A stretch of DNA of 64,000 nt from Trichoplax adhaerens. Lineage: Eukaryota > Animalia > Placozoa. Where the stretch lies: contig NW_002060949.1 of NCBI RefSeq assembly GCF_000150275.1, forward strand, positions 4,744,753-4,808,752, read 5' to 3'. Positions within the stretch are counted from its first letter, which is position 1. Each line of letters begins with the position of its first letter. The position numbers and the translations under genes are program-made. Under the pieces are notes generated by a model. That model worked only from the letters and a program-made list of their open reading frames with translations, was not told the DNA's origin and searched no databases. Shown here one piece after another: positions 13,961 to 26,351 of this stretch.

Positions 13961-16900
13961 ATTTCAGATTTGACATAAGGCTTATCAAGCTAGTACTAGT
14001 AATCACTTCTTTCAGCATAATCTATTATTACTTTTAAATTCATCGCAAATTGTATAACAATTTTCTCAAAATTAGCATCATTTTGTCAGTAATTAGTAAA
14101 TTTCAACCAACCTGATAGTTACTAAGCTAAGAATATTAAAATACATACAGATTACGATGTATATACAAGTTACGAAAATGATCATTTAGACTATATGCCA
14201 TTTCTTGTATGGTACGAAGTAGCAGATGTCGAGAGTTTGTGGTGATAAGTCAATTCTTAAGTTAAATAATTAAATAATCATAAGGAAAGATGTTGAAATC
14301 ATTTAAGAATAAACAAAAGAAAAGGATTATACTATATTGACTTTACTTGATTGATTGATTGATAGGTGTATTGAAAGCTGTAGTATTACTGTTGACAGTG
14401 CTAAAAAATGAGGTAAAATAGGAAATCGATCTCGTACGATATCGCGCTATTATTAATCACTGTATACTGTCAATTTAGTCTATATATATCACAAATATGC
14501 ACAGTCGTATAGTATCTTTCAAGTAGAATAATCAAGACAGATTGTACTTTAATGATTAGAGCTATATGTTACCAGTAAAATATTAGATGATAAGATACGA
14601 TAAGCTTTTTAGGTTAAATAATGATTAAATTTCAGTAAGATCCGTGTATACTTTGTACCTACTGTGGTCATTAATTAGAGCCAGGTTGCTCATATGTCAA
14701 ATCCCGGCTTATTTTGGTTTATTGAACATCGTGCATAAAAAATTACATCACTTTAGCATTTAGTATGGAAAACGTAGATAGATGTATCGATATATTCGTG
14801 AATAAGAAACCGTCATAGCTAATCTGAAATCATAATTAAATCGCTATTTAGGTAGGCAATAAATCTATTAGATAGGATAATAATTTACTAATCGATAATA
14901 AGTTAATAACTATTTTGTCATTTGATTAAATTTGATCGGCAACGTTATTTACTCATCTGATCGCATGATTGAGGAGTACCAACTACTAATGATCCAATAA
15001 TGACGTAGAGCCTGTTATCTGATCTGTCAATCAAATTGATTAGGAATAATTAATTTAAATGCAATAAAACATATTGACTCATTTTCTATTGTTTTCCTAT
15101 TGCTGTTTGCTCTTATTATATCAGATCAGAATAGTTATACAATCTTTTCATAATTATATTGAATTTGAGATAGATTAATGATAAAATAAAGTAAGCAAGG
15201 AAAAAAATAGATAGCATTCGACAGTATTAGGATTGCTATTTTACCAGATGTCAGTCTTGAAGCGTTATCGATAGCTCAAGACTATTTTATTAAACGATGA
15301 GCTTATTCTCATCTTACCATTTAGCAATATAATTTTGTCTTTATTTAGTCTATAAACAAAATTAAATTACTTGAACATAGATTATAAAATGTATTCGTTA
15401 AGACAGAATTGAAGGGTTGATTATGATGATGATACCTGCACAGTTGTTGCTATTTATCCAAATCGATCATTTTCTACGCCGATCTGATTTATACTAATGC
15501 TGACTACATACGCCATAGTTTTAATATAAAATAAGACATTGAATCTAGTAATCATGCGAATAATAATCAAACCTTACATGAACAATCTAATCTGCATCGG
15601 CATTTTGCTTGCATCGTTTTAGTTTACCATATCAAAATCAAATACTAGTATGTGAATTAGCTATCACGTTTATTATCAATACTCGTTGATATACATCAGC
15701 AATCTAAAATCTACAGATTGATATAAAATCTTCAAAATAATTTGCAGAAGTGTTGCCAGTATATAATCATTGTCTTTTGAAATACCATATGTCATCACTT
15801 CATAGACTTAATCGATCGATTACTATATGTCCAAAGTTAGAATAAATTATAATAATCTGTGTTCTAAATTCCCCTATCTGACCTAGCTTGTACCATAAGC
15901 TATAACCGAAACACGGATATGGTTCTCAAGGAATGCAATTAGACAGTAGAGACTACAGAGAGCTCTTAAGTCTTATTTTTAACGAATACAGTCATACTAT
16001 GGTTACATCTAAATATAATACTGCTAGTCAATCGGGACTACACTGAAGGAATAATACATATAATTTTATACTGTAGCTTCTATTTCAATGGAAATAACTA
16101 GTAAAATCCATAATATTTAAATTAAATTGGAATCAACATATAGCGGACTTTATGCCAAGATGCAATAAATGATCAGGCTTTTCTTTGATTTAGAACTAAA
16201 ATCAGTTAAAGAGAAGAGGATAAAATGGAATGGGATGGGTAGATTAATAGGGGTTAATTTCGTAGATGTTACTATAGCATTTCTTGAAATCACTTAATTA
16301 CAACTGAACAATAACAATAATAAGATAAGATCTTTGTAAATAATCCAACATCAAGTCTTTCCAGCATTTAACTCAAACTACGTATGTCAATGATGTTTTT
16401 ATTAACATTAATGGAACCGGTGTGCCGAAAAAATTACCGTTTGTTAAATATTAGATCGCTACACTAATAAACAACAAATACAATAGCCACAGGCAATAAA
16501 AATCACATTTGTTACAAGTTAACCCGTGAACTACGTAAATGAAATTAGCCAAAATTACATATCTCGTTTGTAGAGTAGTAAACAAGATACATATTTAGTA
16601 TGTCTCCAATGTTCAATAAATTTATTGAAGTCAATATTAGTAATAACTATTAATTCATATGAAGGAAACGACTTTAATTAATATAGGATTATTAGAATTA
16701 TTGTTTACGAAATCGAAGTGACTATGTATGTAATTATTTTCACTGTACCTCTTAGTCTAATTTTATAGATTTCTCCATCATTTTAATATTGCATTCATAC
16801 ATTAAAATACCTAACTAATACAGATTAGATACTTCGGTAAGGGCTAGTTGCTAATTATAATCGAATTTAAGAACAGATTGTAGTAGGTTCATGATAAGAT

Positions 16901-19900
16901 ACGTTGTAAATACATTGACATATACAATATCAGTTATTTTGGTAGATCTGACCATTAGTTGGTACGTCGATCAACATAGACGGATATACTTTTGTAAATT
17001 AAGCTAGCGATCTAGTCCTAACTAAAGTCGTAATTAATCTATTCTCTATTACTGGTAACTCCTAAATTTTAGTTCTTTGATTGCATCTTAATCTTAAACA
17101 TATGTACGATACAAAACTTATAAGAAGTATTTCTTATCATTTCTATAACGCAATTTTGGGTTTTTAAAACAAAATCAATAAATTCAATAGCGCTAAATCA
17201 ATAGCCATTATTACTAATCTATTTAGTTATCATGCATTATTACAGTGTGATGAAGGAATAAATAAAATAAAATTTTGATCTTTATACATATTTTTACAGA
17301 GTATATGCAAGAATTATCGTGTTAAGCGGTAGAAAAGGTAATGATTGCGTTTTTAACAATATTTTCGTAACTTTTGATAACGTGAATTTTACGAAAAGCC
17401 TACTATTTTCTTGATAGCCCAGTCCATAGTTTTGGAATAAGTATCGACGTGAGGTTCAACACTTATTTATATAATAAACAATAGCTGATGTCTATAAATG
17501 ATTGTCAACAATTGTGCGACAATTTTGAAAACAACATCGCAGTTATTGATCCACTGAAATCACAGCAAAATAGTAAATTTAAAATTGATCTAGAACTAAA
17601 AATATTAGATAGCGTATCGTCTGAGGTAATATATTACGAGTTAAAATTATTACCTAAAAGTCAAATGGACTGTATAATTGCATATAAGTTAGATAATTAA
17701 ATTGATTCTGCAATATAGATGAGACTTTGTATATGAAAATATTAACAATATTAACAACTACCATATGATTCTGAAATAGTATTTGATTTTATTGATATCA
17801 ATGGATAGAGGGAAAATATTGTTCAGGTACATTGTTAGTATGCGTATTGGACATAATTTCATGCTGATAGAGTAGTCATTGCAGTGGAAGTTTAACATGA
17901 TATATCATACTCTAGAGTATAGAGTTATTTAAGAGTATCGAAAGGGGTAGCTTGTATAATACTTTTATCTGGAGTCTTTAAAGTAGCAAGATAGCACTAA
18001 TACAGTGGCTAAAACAAGAAATGGTGTTAACTATATTTTTATTTATATGATTGATGATGATAATGGATAACAAAATTATAAATCTCGGGTACAAGTCATC
18101 TTCAAGTTAAGTTTTTTGGGAAAAAATCATGGACATATAATACTCATTTCTGTTATGTTATTTAACAGATCTACTTGATTTTTGAGCCAGCAGTAGCTTT
18201 TTCTTTGATCATCAGATCATCTACAAATACAAAGTTGTGATCTAATAATATCCCTAGAATCAGTAGTGATCTAATCAATCATACCATATTTCATCTATTC
18301 GAAATCGAAAGTGTGAGAATAGCAACAAATTATTTAGAAATATTATGTTGATATGATATTAAATGCTGCTTAATATGATAATGCTTATTCATTAGAGTCG
18401 ATGATATTTCCTATTAATTTTCTGCTGTAGTTAAGAAAAACACAATGTAATATTTGGCTAAATTGGTTGTCCAATAAATCATTACGATACTATTGGGCAA
18501 TTGAGATCCAAAGCAAGTAGTTGCGTGGCAACAGTGTCAGGTTTTTAAGATGATTGTTCTGACCACAGATAACAATAAAAAGCAAATTTTCTATGTCTAT
18601 GACTGCAATCTTATATATATATATATATAATACGTAGTGATACATGAAATAAAAGCAGAAAATTGATCGTCTTGTAAATTACCTTTATCTATTAACTATT
18701 ACGTAAAATAATATCCTATAGCTAACAGAAGTAAAAATTGATTCTGATATGATATCATTCCAATGGTATAATAGTGAGGTAGAGACACATGTATTGAGAA
18801 GGAATGAGAGATGTATAGAAGACGGAAAGAAGTTGGTAAAATGAGGAATGAGGATATACGAATTTGTAACTATATATATATATATATTGGTTATAAATTT
18901 CCGGTAAAAATCGGCGAATAAAACGTTCATCTATTACATCTATGTAAGTATATTAAGTAAATCATGACAAGTAAAGAATTGAAGATCTTAAAAAATCAAT
19001 ATGTAAAGATTTTTGAATAGGTAAAGGTGGACAAAAATCGATTTTTATTATTACGTGATTTCTATCATTTTATCTGTAATACCTATATGTCCATACTATG
19101 AATTAACAAAATAATACGGGAAAACGACTTTAAATAGGAACATCCGCGGCTTTCTTTCGAATCTTAATTAGCGTTACTATTAGGCAATTCGTTATAGCTT
19201 CTCACTTAAAAATTTGGAGTAATGACGATATTTAGCCCTGGCGTACCTGGTTGCAGTGTGATATTATCCTGCACAAAGATGAACACACATCGAATTCCAT
19301 TGTTGGGCAATGTAATTCCAGTTATTATAATACATCTCGATAGGAGGTTCAAGTTATCGTTAGGATAATAAATACGATACTTGATGACGTATTCTTCGAT
19401 AGTCTGTGTTTGAAAAGTGAAATTTTAGACCGAGTGCTTATCATTCTTAAATAATTTTGTATAATTATCATTAGATACCAGCTTAGATGGATATAGGGTA
19501 GAGCGTATCGCATAGTAGTAATCGGTTGTCGCCAGTGATGTATTGTATGGCTTCACTTCAGAATTATTTCAGATAATTTGTCAATTTATATAGGATAGGA
19601 TGCTTATAACGGATGGTGTGAACTTTATTGAGAAAATTATAAATAAAGATGGGGAGCCAGCAGCAAAAATTTCCATCGATACATACTGAGAAGCGGGTAA
19701 AGGAAAGATATAGTTCAGTGTAGATGAGGATCAACTTATTTCCAGGCAATATATATCTTCATGACCATGGACGAATCTATGACTTGCATACTAAATAAAT
19801 GAAATTCTTCGTCTTTGAAGCACGAATAACAATAAAATTATAATTTTAAAGTCATAATAACTTGAAGGTTCGATCAGTCTGCCAGACCCATTCCACTTCA

Positions 19901-21282
19901 TTTTAAGGCATTAAAATCGCTATAAATGGATGATATCAGTGTTACGAGTTTGCAATCATATTCTATTCGCTTATGAGAAGTGATCTAATTAGCAAATCAT
20001 AATCTTCTATAATTATCCATTTAATTCCATTGAAATTGGTATAATATAGATATTATAGAAAGGTATACGAGTCTTTGTTGATTGCCTATTGTTATGGAGA
20101 TCGATAACTGTGCCATTTTGTATAGAATAAATATTGAGCCCCACATGTATATTCTACTCCTGAAAGTTCGCTTATTCTTTCCTAATGATGTAATCTTGTA
20201 GAAAAAAACAGAATCGAATCTTGCTTATGGCTTGCGTTCGATAAAATCTTTGAAATACATATGCAATATGCTATGAATCATGATTAATTACTCAGATCTA
20301 GTTGACTAAAGTATCTTCAGCCATATTAATAGAAATCCGCGTTAGATCTTGAAGTGATATTGTCCTAGATAACTTCTTGACTATAATAACTTAGTGAACA
20401 GCGCAAGTATAAAAATAGAGAAATAATTCTCCTAGGTTCGTGCTTAATTTCTCGTCATCATGATTCTTCCCTTGAACTCGAAAAATGTTTCTATCGCATT
20501 ATCGGTAGCCTTTATCTTGCAAGTGTCAATAGTATAAATTGCCATACTTGTAGGTTGTTCATCGAATCTAAATGCTGATTTCTGTAATCTTTTAAAAAGC
20601 AAGCGAAATTACCGCATCGATGTTTGTATTAGCTGATTATGTCTTTGCATTAAAATATTTATGTTGATAAAATCATCGGGTATACGTTTCTATCGCTGAT
20701 TAAGACCTTTGTTTTGATTATTATTGATAGGTTTGATATTGAGAAATCAAAATATGAATCATTGTGTCTATTTTCAATGCTGATAACTAAATCCATGAGT
20801 GCTTTCATTGACTGAAAATTTAAGCGAAACCGTCTCTTTTATATGCATATTATCAATTCCTACATGATGCCTTGCATTAAAAGTTTACATCTCACTATAT
20901 AAATACCATTTGCATTTATGGTAATTACGCAAGAGAAATTGAATCATAGTAACTAAGACAAAATCGGCTATATCTATCCGCTTGATGGTAAAAATGATAT
21001 TTCCGATTTCTATAGCGGATAATTGTCTATATCTTAAAATCCATGTTATGATTGTATCGTTTTTTGTAGCTTTTAATCTTAAAATCTGTATCTAAAACTA
21101 CCATCATACTTTAAAATAAAAGTTATCATGTTAATATTATAATCAGGCGTAATTTCTTGTTCTAAATAGGAATTACCGTATAATCTCAATATTATTATTA
21201 TAAGCTGCATATCCTATCAACAGTAGGGATACAATAACCAATACGGTAGATATTATTGAAGTGGATATGCAATATGGTGGGA

Positions 21283-22515
21283 TTAGTTATTTCCTGTAGA
21301 GAAATTATTACCGGTCATAAAATTACTATTTAAATTACTACCACCGATACCAAATGCGGAAGTTGCTGAATTCATGCTGCCTGGAGCAGAATTGAAACCA
21401 GCGCCAGCATTAAAGCCAGTTATTCCCAAATGATCAGACATTTGGCCAGATGATGTTGGATTCATGAAATTTTGTGATGAAAACATTGGATAATAAGGTG
21501 CGTTAACAGCGGCTACTGCTGCCTCACTTGTTACCACTGATGATTGATCCATATAACCTGATGATTTAGACATAGCAAATTGTGAAGGCCCCCCTAATGG
21601 TGGTTGCATGCCTTGTGCTGAATGATTGATATTATAATGGCCGGCTGTTGTCCCTTGTGGTGTATGATATGGTAAGTGAATTGCTTCGCCATCATGATTA
21701 GGTATAATATTACGGATAGCAAATGGATGATTAAATCCATGAGCTGGTTTATAAGGATGCATTGAAGTTGGGCCACCACCTGCGGCTGGATTTTGCGATG
21801 GATAAGTTGGGTATTGTGGTTGTGGTTGCGGTAGGATAGCATTATGTTGAGAACGTGGCATACTTAATCCTATGTTCACATTGGGTGGTTTATGCTGTTG
21901 TGAGTTGGGTACTTGTTGTTGCTGGCCTAAACTATTTTTCAAGATATCATTGGAAACTAAAGGTCCACCACTTTTATTCTTATCAATTTTAAATCTTTTT
22001 TGACGTCTTAAATAGCAACCATTTTCGAACATATTACCCGAATCAGGATGGAGTGTCCAGTAATTACCTTTACCTGGTTTATCCGGTGAACGTGGCACTT
22101 TAACAAAGCAATCATTAAAGGATAAGCTATGGCGAATTGAATTTTGCCAACGTTGTTGATTTTGTCGATAAAAAGGGAATAAATCCATAATAAATTGATA
22201 GATATCACTTAATGTCATCATTTTATTAGGGGATTGTTGGATTGCCATGGTGATTAATGATATATAGGAATAAGGGGGTTTAGCATATTGATTGCTATTA
22301 CCACTTGCGTTACGTCGTGAAGTTTTATCTTTATTGCCAGTTTTATTACCACTACCTTTGCCCATCATGGTACCATTGCCGTTAGCATTTGGATCACCCA
22401 TCACGACACCAGCGGGAGCATTTGGATTACCTCCGTGTTCGACGCCAGATACAACTGATTTACTATTAGTATTTGCATTTCCTCCAGCTGTTGCGTTCAT
22501 TTTCTCATCGATCAT
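21283..22515 (-). CDS. FoxA: Forkhead box A (FoxA/HNF3/fork head) transcription factor, single coding exon, 410 aa
   Basis: Forkhead domain at 21988-22287: [99 protein letters not shown], near-identical to the FoxA class signature. C-terminal eh1-like motif [11 protein letters not shown] at 21703-21735. An in-frame stop 16 codons upstream of the ATG supports the start. Confidence 0.97.
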   Translation of the reverse strand: MIDEKMNATAGGNANTNSKSVVSGVEHGGNPNAPAGVVMGDPNANGNGTMMGKGSGNKTGNKDKTSRRNASGNSNQYAKPPYSYISLITMAIQQSPNKMMTLSDIYQFIMDLFPFYRQNQQRWQNSIRHSLSFNDCFVKVPRSPDKPGKGNYWTLHPDSGNMFENGCYLRRQKRFKIDKNKSGGPLVSNDILKNSLGQQQQVPNSQQHKPPNVNIGLSMPRSQHNAILPQPQPQYPTYPSQNPAAGGGPTSMHPYKPAHGFNHPFAIRNIIPNHDGEAIHLPYHTPQGTTAGHYNINHSAQGMQPPLGGPSQFAMSKSSGYMDQSSVVTSEAAVAAVNAPYYPMFSSQNFMNPTSSGQMSDHLGITGFNAGAGFNSAPGSMNSATSAFGIGGSNLNSNFMTGNNFSTGNN

Positions 22516-23374
22516 ATTTAGAAATTCCGTTTTGAAATAGTTTGGAGCGTTGCCTTTGGATTACTTTATACTAGGTGTACTTTTTCTTCTTGTAATCAAA
22601 TTCTTGTATTCGATTATCAATGTTACTAGACTATTGATTAGCTATTATGTGCTCTATAGCTAATATTGAAATGATCACTTACTGTTGAGAGAAAAAAAAA
22701 GTTGTTAAATTATTTGTTAATCCTTTTCATTTCAACACAACTTGATGTGATCTTTATGTAAGCAATAATACTAACAGTTGCAGACTAATCGAAATCTAAT
22801 ATGATTGTTATTTACCTCCTTTTCTATTGATGCTTTGACTACTATATTTTTTTATCTTTTGATATCTGCAAATAAGTTGATTTCTTTTTTTCTACTTTGG
22901 TTTGGTCTCGCTGAATCAACTCTCTCTTTTTAAAATAAAAATTTTTTTCCTTCCTTAAAGCGGATATGGTAAACCTTTAGTGTAGAGATAAGGATATTAT
23001 TTATGAATTTAAAATAGTGGACGCTTATTAGGTTATTTTATCGAGAGAGAGAAAAAAGAAATTAAAGTGGAAGTTTAACACTTTTAAAGAATGCCTCACT
23101 GTCATAAATAGCGCTTACTACTATGCTACTAATAATATACAGTAAAATAAATCATTTCCTCCCTTGAACAGTAACTATTTACTTCTTGGATGTAATTTAG
23201 TCGGCCTAATAAAATGTATGAGAAAATAAAGTCTTTACTGTTATACTAATACAGAATAAAAACTTCATTGTGAAAAATTGGAGTAAAAGAAAGAACAAGA
23301 TCAACAAAAATAATATTAGTTTAGATCCGGTGATGTCCATTTATCTCAATTGATTATTTCTTCTTTATCTATTG

Positions 23375-26351
23375 CTTTGATAACACTTTTCTCTGCCATA
23401 TTATGTTATTTATCCATCTACTATCATTTACTCTAGTTATTTATCTACTAATATTTTTTTTTATCTACATTAATGTATAGAGCAGTTTCTTCATTACTGT
23501 TATATATCAGACCATAGAACAGGTTAAGATGGCTCAATGGCATGCTATCGCATTATGAATATCAAAATCAATGATAAGTTAATCCTAATATGGGAGATTG
23601 ATATATTACAACATAATAATGGTGTCGATATTGAGGCAGTCTAAGATGACTTAAAAAATTAGAATCAATATTTTTATATCGATCTCCTTTTTTCGTTTTA
23701 CTGTTACAAAGAATAATTGTCAAACATATTCTCTCGATCATTATTTTTAGTTATCATATGGTCAACTGTATGAAAAATTTCAAGCTATTTTCCGGGGAAA
23801 ATACAAAAAAAATGACGGGGAAAAAAATCAGTTGAAAAATTAAACAGAAATGATGATCGATCGAGTTAAGGGTGCAAAGGTAGTCCTTCCAAAATTGAAA
23901 ATAAAATAAAAAAAGATGATTAAATTGTTATGTATAATAGATAGATAAGTCCAATATTTTTTTAATAGGTTTATTTTAGCTTTAATTTATGATTACTTGA
24001 CCAATATGCTTACTTATTTAATATGATTGCTTGTCTAATGCAATTGATATCATTTTAATTATCGTTTCTATGTATGTATTTTTTTAAATAGGTTGCAAGT
24101 GATATGAATAATCAAAGTCGAGTAAGATATAAAATCAATATTATAACAAAATAGATGAGTTAAAGTTTGTTATAAATTGAGCAAAAGTTTGCCTATCTCT
24201 AATAGCTTGTGTGTACAATTCAAGGGTAAAGCACACATCGTTAAAATAGGGATAAAAAAACAAGTCGCATTTTTCATGTCCAAATATTTCTTTTTAACAC
24301 GACGTGGTTACATTTATCAAGAGAAAGGAGGCGGTAAATCAAACTCTATTCTTTCAAATTGGAGAGTTTGGGCAAGACTACTACAACTAGTGTGCTATTA
24401 CAACGTGTGTATCCTATGTTGTCGATGGATAGAAAGTTATACTAAGGAGGGATATGATGAAGGGTAGACTAATTTTAATTTCTATTCTTTTTTTTTTCGA
24501 TTTTTTTTACCTTATCTTGTTCTTTAGGCTAGTGAATAAAATTGCAGATGTAATATGCATGATTGAAAAACAAAAGACACCAATTAATGATGATACTAAG
24601 GAAAGTAGGGATAGATAGGTCTCTGCTCGGTCAATATTTCAATAGGAAAGAAGTGTGTGTAAGAGAGAGAAAAATTGATTCAACTGATCCACTATTTCAC
24701 CTGGGCATCACTTAGGGGCAGATGTTGGCGATAAATTGATGAAGGATTTTTATCTGGTCAAAATCATCATGATGACTATGTCGATGGAAGGATAATGATG
24801 ATAATTGGATAGGACTTAGCTTATCGATCATGATCAAGTGATAAGACAAGATAAACTTTCTTCCTATTTAGAAACACTTTCTTTATCAACATCGATACGG
24901 TTATGTACTTATCAACACAGAATAATTCTAACACGTTGTCTATACCTCTCTGTCTACAATAACTCACTCTCTCTCTCTCTATGTATAAATAATATCTATT
25001 TTACTCTCTCTATCTCTATATACACAACAAGATAACAACAACATTGATTCTACAATTTCCAAAACTCACTAAATAGCGTGAATATCAACATGCAAATGAT
25101 GGTCCTCTAGCTGTGTCGATCGATGTATATTTTTGGGGGAGATTAATTTATTTCTTTCCCCTTATCGTTTTTAATGATCATCAAAGATGATCGTATGCTA
25201 TAGCCATGGATCGACTGTTGGCAGATGATCAAGTCGATAGCGAGCTAATCGATGACAATCAATGACTTACTTGTGAATAGTTTCTTTTTGATTCTGTTTT
25301 TTCACACAGCGAGGGAACTATCTGCAATGCAATTTCCTTGACTGTCGTTGTAGACTACAAGTTATTTCGTTTTGCTAATTGGCCTTTCCTTTCTTGCTAG
25401 CTAACTAACGCTGTTGTTGACCTACTAGGTGTAGCAACTGTTCTGCAATGCAACTTGCTGTCAGTTTTTATAGTAAATACTTTAATTCGATGCAATCATC
25501 AAACTCCGCCTCTTCCATTCTTCTCTATTGAGTAAGCATCAAAGGTTCACACCATTTATCGACCAACATCGGGATAGAAAGAAGGGGGGGGGGGGAGATC
25601 CTGTAATGGCGGGTCGATTACCGCAACAGAGAGAACAATAAGGATAGAATGATTATTATTGTAATCAATACAGTACCTACTCCTGTTTCGATTGTCATTA
25701 TGATAAGTAGAGGGTGGGCAAAAGTAGTACCGGTAGCAAAGAAAGTCAAGATGGAGAGAGCGATGAAAAGAATAAGCACCTTTGAGCAGATAACTAATTA
25801 TTCATCGTCAATCGTTCTATTACAGAATACGATTGGATTCAAAGTTATTGTACTCTCCACCAGTTGGCAATACTACTCTTCTATGCTAATAGCGGAGGCA
25901 GGAAAAAAAGAAAAAAATTTCAGTTTGATGAGCGGGCTATTGTCTTTCTTTATTAAATGGGCTACCTATCAAAAAACAGCAAGAATCCATATACGCGTCC
26001 ATGGAGTGGATAATGGCTAAGAAAGAGAGAGACGGGAAAAAAAGTAATCTTCTCATTGATCCTAAATTGGGTAGGCTATCAAGTCATAATCCTATCTATC
26101 CATTTTGAAAAAGCAAAAAAAAAATAAATATCTAAATTGAATAAATTGGATATAAATGATATCAAATGAAAACATCTTGATCAAAGATGATACTAGTCAT
26201 TAAAATAGACGTTTTCCATTCCATCGCATGGCATTGACAAAAAAAATGTTATCAGTATAAATTGTTTTCAATTGACATACATCAGGTCTCATTGTATTTT
26301 TGCTTTTCTCTTCCGTATTATATGATAAAAGAGAGGAAGTGATGATCAAAG
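23375..26351. promoter_or_regulatory. Cluster of TCF/LEF consensus motifs (ATCAAAG/CTTTGAT) 0.9-3.8 kb upstream of FoxA
   Basis: CTTTGAT 23375-23381; ATCAAAG 24111-24117, 25180-25186, 25538-25544, 26180-26186, 26345-26351; TTCAAAG 25838-25844. Function is inferred only. Confidence 0.45.

Noticed and set aside
17300-17900. Series of plausible plus-strand splice sites around ORF 17488-17700
   Set aside because: Attempted splicing runs into stop codons and gives no recognisable protein; unsupported without RNA data.
21594-22540. ORFs 21594-21842, 22008-22208 and 22292-22540 overlapping FoxA
   Set aside because: Alternate-frame or antisense shadows of the FoxA coding sequence with no independent features.
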